Below are positions 27,901 to 39,107 of a stretch of 64,000 nucleotides of DNA, in pieces. Both the position numbers and the translations under genes were made by a program. Under the pieces are notes generated by a model. The model was not told the origin of the DNA. It saw nothing but the letters and a program-made list of their open reading frames with translations, and ran no database searches. Source of the DNA: Lytechinus pictus (lineage: Eukaryota); contig NC_087252.1 in NCBI RefSeq assembly GCF_037042905.1, positions 13,580,001 to 13,644,000 of the forward strand, written 5' to 3'. Position 1 is the first letter of the stretch. Each line of letters starts with the position of its first letter.

Positions 27901-28237
27901 TGTTGAGTATCTCTCTACCTGTGTGTTTCTCCTCCCCATCTGATGACACACATCATTATTACCTTCGTCTTGCAGTGCTAATATACCAGTGCCAGAAAGA
28001 AATCTCCAACGTCTTGCTGCTGAATTCCCCCACGAAAAGTATGATGCCCTATGCCTTGAGTTAGGGGGGACATCCAACCAAGCTCAGAACAGATTGGTCA
28101 AATACAACATGGATTACACGAAAGCAGTCATGGAAGCCCTTATTGCTTGGAGGAATCGAACAGGAGGATACAAGGCTGAACTGACCAGTATTCTCGTGGC
28201 CATCGAAGTGGGTGGACTTATATATTTATTGGAATAG
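9956..28237 (+). CDS. Putative multi-exon DEATH-domain gene: exons 9956-9994, 10281-10333, 10610-10659, 27976-28237 (5' end unresolved)
   Basis: All four exons have AG/GT boundaries with matching phases (1-1, 1-0, 0-2, 2-stop). They give an open frame: LVLIYINSEGYQALSWASNAQEINNLQKTELNRGDNKFGGQNNNNMSANIPVPERNLQRLAAEF... Confidence 0.5.
10939..11238. mobile_element. Harbinger-like MITE, copy 1 of 3
   Basis: TIR ggccccgtct(a/t)acaaagagttgcgattgatcc and its inverse. Same family at ~41151-41377 and ~45152-45425. Confidence 0.75.
11930..12890 (+). repeat. ~3 tandem copies of a 328-bp unit (left arm)
   Basis: Recurrent atcttgaaatccaagatggccgccatga. Repeated pseudo-ORF ends are offset by exactly 328 nt (12343 vs 12671). 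Confidence 0.9.
13888..14355. mobile_element. TTAA-specific (Kolobok-like) MITE
   Basis: TTAA on both sides with TIRs aaaggggagttcaccctg / caggttaaactttcctt. A related copy lies at ~58544-59022. Confidence 0.65.
14755..15409. mobile_element. hAT-type MITE
   Basis: TIRs cagaggcgtcgatcc / ggatcgacgcccctg with a perfect 8-bp TSD GATGATAC. Confidence 0.9.
19067..19354. mobile_element. hAT-type MITE
   Basis: TIRs cagtgtttccac / gtggaaacaccg with an 8-bp TSD ATGCACAT. Confidence 0.85.
22327..22960 (+). mobile_element. 5'-truncated L2-clade LINE (RT C-terminus + 3' tail)
   Basis: ISSRLDFSNSL...KLQRLQNSAARL...ISPILQSLHWLPV...AFSVIGPKLWNRLP, followed by the gcgcc..gagc...gcgctatataag tail and (TAT)n. 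Confidence 0.9.
26640..27450 (-). repeat. ~2.5 tandem copies of the same 328-bp unit, inverted (right arm; continues at 16020-16352)
   Basis: Reverse complement of the left array. Pseudo-ORFs are offset by 328 nt (26811 vs 27139). Confidence 0.9.
27976..28237 (+). CDS. Terminal exon encoding a DEATH domain
   Basis: Acceptor ccttcgtcttgcag| (phase 2). VPERNLQRLAAEF...YDALCLELGG...AVMEALIAWRNRTGG..AELTSILVAIEVGGL fits the death-fold pattern. Confidence 0.75.
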
Positions 28238-28297
28238 TGCATCAACTTCATATTACAGTCACACCATAAAACTAGTTTATTTCTAATTCTTCTAATG

Positions 28298-28524
28298 TCA
28301 ATTCGTCCAATTGCCAACTCGTCTACTACCATTTGGTCTATAATCAGTTCTTCTACTTACCACATGGTCTACTTTCATTTAGTCTAATGTCATTCCGTCT
28401 AATAGTCAGTTGGTTCAATAGCCATTTAGTCCATATACCATTTGGTCTTACAGCAGGGGCGTCGATCCATTTTTCAGATTGGGGGGGCCAAATCATTAAC
28501 GTTCCAAAGGCGCTCGATCGTACA

Positions 28525-28596
<72 letters not shown>

Positions 28597-29451
28597 CTAT
28601 ATATATGTATGACTCATGAGACACAGACACGTATCTCACTACACAGATAGTACGAGTGCCGAGAGTAAGCTCAAATTTCTTTATATTCTGAGCTGAAAAC
28701 TTGATATTCTAAGCATTTTTGGTACCAATGATTAAGATTTGTATCTAAAAGAGAATAGATGCGAGCGCGAAGCGCGAGCTGAAAATTTTGATATTTCGAT
28801 CTGAAAAAATGACAGTTTACTGGACGTTTTTGATAAAGAACAAGCTATATATCCAAGAAAAGATGATTGCAAATTGAAGCAGTTCTTTTGAGGCTTAGAA
28901 CTGAAAATGGGACATTTACATTCACCAATTTAATCATGAAAAGTATGGGTTTTTGCTACAGAAATGATGCGAGCGCGAAGGGCGAGCTGAAAATTTTTAT
29001 ATTCCAATCTGAAAAGCGGACATTTTGAGCACGATTTTAAATAAAGAACGAGTTGTGTATCTCAATCTCGCTTGCTGAACATTACAATCTTGTTTTTTTT
29101 AAATGCATATCCGGAATTATTGGGGGGGCAAAATGATATGTTTGCCCCCCCCCCGATATTTTCATTGGTGGGGCGATCGCCCCCCTGCCCCCCCCAGGAT
29201 CGACGCCTCTGTCTTACAGTATAACTAAAGTGTTAATATTGTGCAAAATGAATGAAAGGAAAATGGGTATTAGACCAACTGCTAATTAGACGAAATGGTA
29301 ATAGACGAAATGGTGATTAGACGAAGTGATGATTGGACAAAGTGGTTAGACCAAATGGTTGTTAGACGAAATGTTGATAGACGGAATGGCATTAGACTAA
29401 ATGAAGGTCGACCATGTGGCGAGTGGACGAGTTGGCAGTGAACGAATTGCC
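28298..29451. mobile_element. Foldback-like MITE with repetitive inverted arms, interrupted by a hAT MITE
   Basis: caattcgtccaattgccaactcgtc at the left is mirrored by gacgagttggcagtgaacgaattg at the right, with gtcta/tagac subrepeats. Confidence 0.6.
28454..29211. mobile_element. hAT-type MITE (same family as 14755-15409, opposite orientation)
   Basis: TIRs caggggcgtcgatcc / ggatcgacgcctctg with a perfect 8-bp TSD TCTTACAG. Confidence 0.9.
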
Positions 29452-29849
29452 CAAAAAACTAACTTGAAATTATTCCACATTAAATAATGTAACATATGTG
29501 TTTTCTTGATAGTTAATTAATTAACCCGTTGAATACTGAATTCTGACAGTCCCATAGACTTTGTACAGGTATCACCCGGTTCCAGTTGACAACGGATTAA
29601 TGTATAATAACCATAATGATGATGATAATAACAACAGCAGCAATAATAATAGTAATAAGTTCAATTCAATTTGAGGTTTATTAAAAACATGAGTCGCGGT
29701 CACATATGACTGAATTGGTCATGTATACATAGTGCAGACAATAGACTCATTACCTATTTCAAACATTAAAAACAGCAACATTGCTACTATGACTTATACA
29801 TTTTGGGGGATAGGGCATCAACATCACGTTGCAGTCACACCGTAATAGA

Positions 29850-29972
29850 ACAATAATGATAATAATAATGATGATAATAATGATAATAATAATAATAATG
29901 ATAATGATAATCATGATAATAATAATAATAATAATGATAATAATAGTGATGATGATGATGATAATGATAATA
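29850..29972. repeat. (AAT/GAT)n microsatellite
   Basis: Seen directly in the sequence. Confidence 0.95.
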
Positions 29973-31214
29973 TTAAATGTGGTCAGCATGACTGTGACAC
30001 TGTGGAAACGCAAATTATAATCGTTGATTTGAAATAAATTATATAGTGATCTTAAATAAAGAAGTAGACATTTCTAAAAGTCACGACCAAGTTAGGCAAA
30101 ATATAATATCGAATCCGCGATGGGAATTTGAATATGAAAGGGGAAGTTCGGTCCGGCATTGGTTTTGATACTAGAAAAATAAGAAAAGAAAATCACTAAT
30201 GAGTATCAGAGTTATATACATGATTGCGGTTTCATATTTTAATATCCACTTTCATTTTTAATATATAACATCCGAGCAGCACTTGAAAAATGTAAAGTCA
30301 CAAGAAAATGCAATGTAATGTAATGTAAATTCTTTCTTTTATTGTAATATGGTGATATTTTCAATTTTTATCACTTTTGGACATAGCAGGCAATATGAAC
30401 TGTTGAATGCGATGGTGTTCTGAACCATGTCTGCCTTTCTATTAAAAAAAATCTTGGTTGTATTGCTAATTAATTATCACATGTAACATCGCAAATTAAC
30501 AAATATATATATATATATAGTTGCCTGAAGATCGCACCTCACGTAGGTTGCGTGAAACTCAGAGTTGCAATTAAATTTGATGAACCTCCATTCAACCTTG
30601 TGAACTTGTGTTCATTATATATATATATATATATATATATACATTATACAAGTCGTAATGAATTTAATAGGTAAAAGTCTTCATCACAATCGTATTTTCT
30701 ATTTTTACTTTTATTAAAATCAATGTATCGTCAGAATGGTCCTTCCCTTTATTTTCCCTATAATTATTTTGCATTCCAATAATGCTAATATCTTAAATGC
30801 TAACTAAATTAATGATGTAAGGGCTTATTGGAACAGGAATATTTTTATGTTATACTTGAACTGAAATCATACCAATGACTAGTTAAACTAATAACATACT
30901 GATGAAATAAACTTAATATTCCGCGACACCGGGGGTAGTGGTTGTAGGATACATCTTGCTCATTCTGCCCTCAATAAAACCCATACTTTTCTAAGCATTT
31001 ATAATTAATCTTTAAGAGAATAATTCATCTTTATTTGTCCTTTACTTCATGCTATCGTGAAAAACCTGACTTTGTATTCGCATGTTACCAGGCCTTGATG
31101 CAAAATGATATATGTAGATGTGGCAAATATTAAAATGAATAAAAAAATCTATAAAATTCTTCAATAATAACGCCGTCATTATCTCCGTTGTCATTTTTCG
31201 TTAATTAAAGATTT

Positions 31215-32585
31215 TCACCAGATAAGGCTCCTATTATCTCCTTGTGCCTTCCTTGCTTCTCGTATCAGCTTCACCATGCTGTAGTCTTGGTGCGTGAATG
31301 GTGGAAGATCAAAATGTCTAACACGTGAATTGTCTTGCCTGTAATGCACTAACCGAAGCTCGCTGTAGGGGTTCAAAGAGATTGCCTCTCCTCCAACTTT
31401 GATTGCGTGGATTTTAAAATAGTGGACATGTTTTGGTTGAATGATGTTTTTGTCACGGCCGCAGTTCTGAGGCGAAGGATAGCTTGGCCTCCAGATATTT
31501 CTTTCTATGATTGAACCATTGGTAGCCATTGCCGAATTGTCTGCTGAATGTCGTCCGAAAAACCAGTTCTGCAATCTCGCGGCCCCCATCGTTTCAAAAT
31601 TTGGACCTTCGAGATAATCGGTTATTTTTCGTTTGCTTTCATTCATTGGCTGCACAAACTCATCAACATCAATTTTGATCATCCATTTCGTTCGGTACCT
31701 GTTTCTCCACAGGCAGTCATTTTCATGGGCAATCTGAACCTCTAAATACGTTTTCTGTCCCAAGGCAATGTGTGTCCAGGGTATGACTGTGACGACGCCC
31801 TCCGCGATCTCACGACGAACAGTCTGTCTGAGTTTACTCGTTTCCTCTGGCTCGTTATCATAAAGAAAAAAGTGTTGAACACCAACGTACCGATGTATGG
31901 CAATCCATTCTGGTAGGTAGTGATCCATGTTTCTTACCATGGTGCAGGCTGATAGATGATACCTTTGAAAGTTAGACGATCCCGACTGGCAAATTGTCAG
32001 GTTGTCATACGCGTACCTGCGATACTTTTTGACATTTGACATACGCTGCAGGCTCAATGTTAACTTTAGGCTGTGGTGCAGGGACGGTGGAAGTGGGCAC
32101 GTCAAAACAATGTTGAACTGGGAGATATATCCAAAGCTAAAATAATCCTCTACAATGGGATCACACAATCTGCGCTCACCACTTTCAAAATGGGTGACGA
32201 ATGTTTCGCGGGTCCAGTTGTCTTCAAGTAACCGCGTTCCGATAAAGACCACATTGTGGGATACGGGATCAGCGAATGCTGAATGAAGTTTGGGCATCCC
32301 TTCCTCTTCTAGGAAACTTGAGAAGAAACACATATTACTTCTTGGTGAAGAATACTGATAAAAGCTTTTCCTTGAAAAGTTTGTTTTGTTTTTCGGCGCC
32401 ACATATATCCGTCCATCCCAGTCTATCAAATGACTGTATTTCCGAGAAGATGCGTTTTTATTAAATGACCTGAACATGAGTGAAAATACAGAACATAAAA
32501 GAAAGAATGATGTCATTATAACAAATATCCAGGTATAGTCTAACTTTCTTCGTCGCGACCTCAGCGTCCGGTTTAGGTAAAGCAT
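31215..32585 (-). CDS. Glycosyltransferase family 92 (DUF23) type II membrane protein, ~456 aa, single coding exon
   Basis: First ATG at 32585, basic tail plus TM segment (YTWIFVIMTSFFLLCSVFSLMF). GT92 signature LSACTM..N...LPEWI..H..VGV.HF.LYDN...VTVIPW...QIAHENDCL....WM..IDVDEF (DxD). Likely 5' UTR intron at 32784-33371 (GT..AG). Confidence 0.9.
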   Translation of the reverse strand: MLYLNRTLRSRRRKLDYTWIFVIMTSFFLLCSVFSLMFRSFNKNASSRKYSHLIDWDGRIYVAPKNKTNFSRKSFYQYSSPRSNMCFFSSFLEEEGMPKLHSAFADPVSHNVVFIGTRLLEDNWTRETFVTHFESGERRLCDPIVEDYFSFGYISQFNIVLTCPLPPSLHHSLKLTLSLQRMSNVKKYRRYAYDNLTICQSGSSNFQRYHLSACTMVRNMDHYLPEWIAIHRYVGVQHFFLYDNEPEETSKLRQTVRREIAEGVVTVIPWTHIALGQKTYLEVQIAHENDCLWRNRYRTKWMIKIDVDEFVQPMNESKRKITDYLEGPNFETMGAARLQNWFFGRHSADNSAMATNGSIIERNIWRPSYPSPQNCGRDKNIIQPKHVHYFKIHAIKVGGEAISLNPYSELRLVHYRQDNSRVRHFDLPPFTHQDYSMVKLIREARKAQGDNRSLIW

Positions 32586-34374
32586 TATGGCGGTATTTCT
32601 GGTCACGCTCGTAATTGTTTTGTTTAGTTTTTTTTCTTTCCTTTTTTGTGTCTGATTATAGCTGATTGCTCATTCTCCAAACATTCTGCACGATCTTTCC
32701 ATTAGGTAGCTCCCAACTTCGTAAAATCTGCTCGCATGGTAGGTATAGCGACGCTCCAATGTGGTTCACCGAAGATTCATTTTCTGTAAAAACATATTAG
32801 ACATATGGAAACTTGAAAAAGGGCTTAACAAAAGTCTTTTTTTTTATTATTCCTTCATTTGATATTATATATTATTTGATATTTCTCGAAATCAAAAATG
32901 TAGTGTTAATGGTTTTCATTCGTTTCGATATTTTAAGTATATATATATATATATATATATATATGCCTATTCTTCCCTTTTCTTGCCCACTAGGTTTACA
33001 TAGCATCCTCTTTGTCAAGAAAGAGACTCTGAAATCATATTATGCAAAGAACATGACACCGTAATTGTATACTTCTTAACACACAATAAGCATTTTTGCT
33101 ACTTAAATCCGAACATAATATATGATAGGTTTCGGTCTGATTTTTCTTGACCTGTTGAGGATACTTTCAGGAGATTAAATAGGCATGTGTTCTTTGTACC
33201 TAGACGTGTGAGGTACATGCGTTTAAACATAGCTAGCACATGAAAACTTGATGAAAGTGAGTACATCGGTGGTCTTAATCAACTTAATGAAGTAATATTA
33301 AGACTCTTCCTAGTTTATTAGGCCATTTTCTTTGCCAATATTAAACGACTCAAAATTATTTGACGCCTTACCTATTTCAAATCAATTTAGAGAAAGCCAC
33401 TCTTGAAAGCGAAGACGTCCATCGTCGTCATAGCCATATAATCGAACTAGCAGCAGTTGGATGTCATCTTTTTTCCTCTCTTATCATGTCAGTTCAACGC
33501 GGAAGAATCACGTAAAAATGATAAATAAGTATGAAATTTAACGAGAAGGAAGCCGACGCTTGTAGCACGTTTTTATACGAGATCATATACCAATACGTGT
33601 TCATCATTGACGATACCTCTTGTTTCTTTCTGCTGTTAAAGTCGGTGAAAGTGATCAATGGGAACTGATCGATATGGCGCTATTCATTGTTCGATTTTAT
33701 TGCGCAATGCTCTCCGCGGTCCAGTGCATCCGGAGATCCTTTTTGTCGTGTGCAGATACACAACGCTTCGCCGCCAGGACGTGGGATTTGTTTTAATTTC
33801 CTAACTTTATACCTCAGTTATTTCCATTCTTTTTCATACAAATAGTAACATTAAATGATATACATTTTCCAGAAACTTTTTATTCATACAGCAAAATTTA
33901 TAATACTATAAATTTTCAGGAGAAGATATGCCTTGAATTCTTCGTTAAACTGTTTTAGTGTCAGTCTAATTACAAATTAAAAAATACAAAGAGAAGATTG
34001 GAGAACCAAAAAAATCGAATTTTAAATACCTGAATTATTAGTAATGAGCAAACCTCGAATTGAAATCCCTAATTTTATCAAAATAGCATGCCCTTATACT
34101 GGAATTTATTTTGGAAGATTGAATTTAGAGGTATACTTTTAAAATGGGTGACCGATGAAACGGAGTATTTGCATCATGCTTCCAAAGTTCTGAGAATGAA
34201 GTGATATTAAAGGCAAAAGAAAAATAATTTCAAAAATTACATATTTTTTTTGTCGTGCAAGGAATTGATCTGTGACTCAAGTGATAAGCTCTAAGTAATT
34301 CAGCCATCGGTTTGCCATGTGGTTTATTTGAACGATACCTACAATAACAAGAATATACAAGTGCACTTATATAT

Positions 34375-34640
34375 GTGTGTTGGCTCAGTTGGTAGAGCGT
34401 CCGTCTCACAACCGGGAGGTCGGGGGTTCAAACCGCGGCAGCGTCACACCAAAAGACGTTAAAAGATGGGAGTTGCTGCTACCCTGTTTGGCGTTCAACG
34501 ATTAAAGGGATACAGACTCGTCGATCTGGCGCTGCACAGCGACTGCCGGGCCCACGATCAATTTGGCAAAGCAAACTTTCGGAGTATTCCATTTCATGTC
34601 TATTTCGAACAATAAATTATGGATTTTCATTTTCATTTTT
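34375..34640 (+). mobile_element. tRNA-derived SINE
   Basis: A box tggctcagttgg and B box ggttcaaacc, followed by a non-tRNA body and an (ATTTTC)n tail. Confidence 0.8.
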
Positions 34641-37600
34641 CATATTATTGTTATTGTAGGTATAGTTCAAATAAACTATAACGGCATGCACGTTGATCAA
34701 AAAGAAATATGCAAACAAAAAGCGGATAGCATAATGAACAGAATAAAATAAACAAAAACAAGAAACTGATAGTACAACCACTCGGCCAATAGATAATATG
34801 AATTATTTAACTCTTGTCTTAATGAAGGGGAGATCATAGTTGTGCAGGAAACCAACAGATCGATACTCCTAACAAACTGAATGCTTACTATTTATTTCAC
34901 CCCCCCCCCCGCCGCCTGCCACTGACCCATTAGTAAACAAGTCATATAAAGAGATGCTTGGAAAGATAAAAATAAATAAATAAATAAAAGCACGGAATGG
35001 GGTGTCCAGGCTTGTTACAAGTCATGGCAGGATTGCCAACAAAATTCTATAAGTATTAACGATTCATTCATCATGTTTCACTCTCAAACGATACTACCCG
35101 GCATGATCTTAGGACTATGGAAAGTCAAGTTTATTTGACATTTCAGTAGCCTAATCGCATACCAAATAACATACAATATGAGCAAACATTGAATAAGTAC
35201 TATATAAACACAAGATTAAACACATTATTTGTGCCTCTGGAATTTCATTTTGATCGATGTGTATTCAGGAATCAGTTTTTAGATTTCCAGATAGTCAATG
35301 GTGATTTTTCACACTAGACCCATTTGTGATCGTCGAGTCATATCAGATCTGGAACGAATGCATGTATTTTGAAAGACACACACATAAAATCATGAAATCC
35401 GTAATGCATAAATTGTTTGTCTTTTTTCAAATATAAAACGAATAACGAAACGCATGATTTTTTTTTACATTTGGCATCATAATTTCTTATTAAAGTTCTC
35501 CTCATCCTTCACAGACAGTCTTTCAAATCTTTAGTTAAAATACATCTTCTCAGATTTTCAAATATTATCTCACATCACCACTATTACCTTGAGAATACCG
35601 TAACATTTTGAATTTATATTGTAATTTCTGTAAATTTCTTGATTGTTTTTTTTTTCTTTCTTATTTGTTAATTTCATTTGTTTTTTTTTTATTGTAAAAC
35701 ATCTGTCACTTCAGCTTTTAGGCTGCGATCACATGTTATAAATAAATCTTGAACAACTGCTCTCTAAAGCTAGTAGAACGCTTAGAGACCATAGATAAAG
35801 TAAGTGTTAATAGCAATTTGAGCAAGTATAATTATGAGTCATTATCAAGAAATTTCTACATGTTTTATTGTGCCTTTGACACTCCTAGTGTAACCACCTA
35901 TGAAAATGTATATATTCAAACAAAAATCCAAACCGATTGGTCGAAAAGATCCTGAGGTAATGATGGGGAAATGCGATATACCTATTCAACTGCATTTGCT
36001 GGGATTTCCAGAAACAGTACAATTTGCTGACCTATAACAGTGTATAAACCTATCATGTAATATTTTCCAGGCATTTAGTAATATATAATAAAGGTGTTCG
36101 TAAGAACATGAATATATATTTCAAGAATGAGGGTCAATCTTCCTCCCCTTCAAACTGGCGTGAAACTGGATGGTCTTGGGGGCAATGGACCCCCCCCCCT
36201 CACAAAAAAAATCACTACCAAGAGAAAAGTGGGAGAAGGAAAATGAAAAGGTGGTGAAGTATTTTTTTTATTTTATGTCAAAATATACCACAAAATTAGA
36301 TTATTAATTAAAATGGTCAAACATTGGCTCATGACGCTACATGTAATTCCCAATCCATTATCTACTGAGCGAGTTGGTGTACCTCATGTATTATCATTAT
36401 TATCTAGGCCCCAAAATCATGAAACCTTAATGAGTCTAGCAATTATCTAACTGTGTACAGTCACCGATGTAATTAAGTGATAACTAGACTTATATGGGTT
36501 TCGTGAATATGGGCCCTGCTCTTGGTCAATAAAAGGCATACCGTCAATGGATTTCGGTCTCCTAGAGCTCTCCAAACATGGTTTATTGGATCACCGTCGC
36601 TCTGTCTATAAGACAGTTATTGTTAACTCAGTCGTTGTTGTCTTGTGCGTAAAGTGCAAAGTTTGCGGCTTCTATTAACCTTAACAAAATTTAGTCGCCC
36701 TATTTCCAGTTACCATTTTGGTTCTAATGTAACCACACCGGCATGGCCGGTAGGTAGACATTCAACGTTACCACAACTTTGCAGTCACTTACTTGCCAGG
36801 TAATCGTGATGAGAAGAGCCCTTCATATCCGTTTTCGAGAACTGAAAAAGAATCACGGATCATAATCATTTTAATGGTATGGCCATGAGGACTGGCATCA
36901 GTTGCTTTGAAAAGAGTAAGTGGTATTTTTTTAATTCTCTTCGAGCAACAATCGCGGATATCATGTCCATTTAAATTCATGGAGATAAATATTATAACTA
37001 TCTGTATCTTCAGGTATGGGCTGTATCATCTATATCTAATCTAAAAAAAAATCTATATGAATTAATTTTTTTCTGTTGGTGGTTGTGATGTTATGATTAT
37101 ATTTTTATTTTAGCTTCACTTCCTCAAGTATTTTACCATGGTATATTCCACTCAATTCAAATCAATTCTTTATTTCATTTCCACTAAAAAATAATACAAA
37201 ATAATATAAATCGGATAAGTTTTACAAATGAACATTTTTACCTCGTAAAAAAGCAGTATGAAATTTAGCATAAATGGAAATGAGGGGGGTCCACTAAAAG
37301 CAATGCTTGTAAGGTGTGGATTCCCCTTGGAAATGAAAAAAAAATAGTAACTTGTCGACTTAATCATATAAGCGTATACAGGAAAGAAAAAAATAGAATG
37401 TAGACTCAGTCTGCATATTATATTTCATTTTAGCTTGTTTCTCTAGCCATACACACATAATATAAGGCAAATTTTCTCAAAGGCCATTTTTTCCCTTCAT
37501 ATTTTTCCAATAAGGACAAAAATGGCTTAAGAAAAGATTGTTTGAAGGGCGCAAAACTTGGAAGCAATTTGTGAGAGAAGCTGGTCAGATTTCATTAGGA

Positions 37601-38324
37601 TTTTCGATTAATGTCGACCTTATTATGAGTCCTTTCTAATCAAAGTTATATGATGTCATGTTATTTGATTGTTATAAGTGATTGGTAGAAATAATAATGG
37701 ATACACTATATATTAGCAACAGAAACGTGGGAGATTTGATTGAGATGAGAAATCTACGAATTTAATAACTCATTAGTGGAGTGGGTGCTTTTCGAACTGA
37801 CGAATATTATCGGTTTTGCATTTGGGAAATTACCCCCCCCCCCCCCTCCTTGCCGGTAGTGTTTGCCACCTTTCCTGTTATTACATTACTATGTCATATA
37901 AATATGTACGTCCAAAATAAAACGATTTTTCGACCACAGAATTCTTCTTGCAATCAGCCAATTATTATCAGACCCCAAAAGTGTTTAGAGGCCCTAAAAC
38001 AGATTCTAGAAAGTGTTATCTATATCTTTAAATCTTTCCACCCCTGGTGGGTGTTTCATAAAGCTGTTCGTAAGCCTACGAGTGACTTAAAGAATGACTG
38101 GTGATCCTTTCTTGTGGTAAATTGTATATTTATTGGCGATGGTTAAGCGCGTAAGAAAGGTTCACCAGTCGTTCTTGAAGTCGCTCTTATACAGCTTCAT
38201 TAGAAAAATGCTGATCACCCTTGATATATGTTGGGCTATCTCTTGCTTTAGGTCGACGTGGTCGATAACCTCGAGTTAGGACCTCGACTGCTGTAGAAAG
38301 GATTAACACACAGATGGAAATTAA

Positions 38325-38916
38325 AGTTCAAGTCCATCCCAGGAAATGTTGATTTGATTGAAAAGTGAAAAATCCAACTAGCAAAAGGCTGAAAATTTGA
38401 TTAAAATCGGATGTAAAATAAGAAAGTTATAACATTTTTAAGTTTTGCTTATATTCACAAATAGTGATATGCACAACTCAGTGACAGGCACATGAGACAG
38501 TCGATGATGTCCCTCACCATTTCTTTTGTTTTTTTTGTTTGCATTATACAATATTTCATCTCTTACAGATCCGACAATAAAAAATGACCAACTTGATTGA
38601 ACCATATAGCATTAAACAATACTCATTCCACATGTTCAGGGAGGAATTAATCGTTGTTTCACTCGACAGTGAGGAGAAAATGAGAATATTTCATATAATA
38701 AAATGCAAAAGAAATACTGAGTGGATGACATAATTAGGCTTCTCATTTGCATACCCACCAGGATGTGCATATAACTGTTTTGTGAAATTAACAAAAATTT
38801 TAAAATTTCATAACTTTCTTATTTTACATCCGATTTTGATGAAATTTTCAGTGTTATGCTTGTTGGATTTTTCTCCTTTAATGCAAATCAACTTTTGGTT
38901 AGGGTGGACTTGTCCT
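38325..38916. mobile_element. TTAA-specific (Kolobok-like) MITE
   Basis: TTAA TSD with long TIRs (agttcaagtccatccc / gggtggacttgtcct). Same family at 59554-60141 and a remnant at ~40518-40725. Confidence 0.85.
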
Positions 38917-39107
38917 TTAAAGGAAAAGCAGGGAATCGCTTTTAAGTTTCTTTTCCCTTTCTATTACTAAACTTTTCAATATACAGGTATCCCATTGGAT
39001 CAGGTTTCCTTCTGTTTCCTGTTGGTAAAAGATCTTATCGTCGCAAGAATCGCCTGATAGGAAAATACATTTCGAAGATTTTTAACAAGGATATCAACCA
39101 GGGCACC

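Noticed and set aside
29759..30020. Poly-Ile/Met 'membrane' ORFs
   Set aside because: They are translations of an (AAT/GAT)n microsatellite.
32586..32606. GTG start for the first GT92 gene in the ORF track
   Set aside because: This is a eukaryotic gene, so the first in-frame ATG at 32585 is preferred.
34375..34450. Possible tRNA gene (also at 53405-53480)
   Set aside because: A and B boxes are present, but the acceptor stems do not pair well and each continues into a SINE body and tail.
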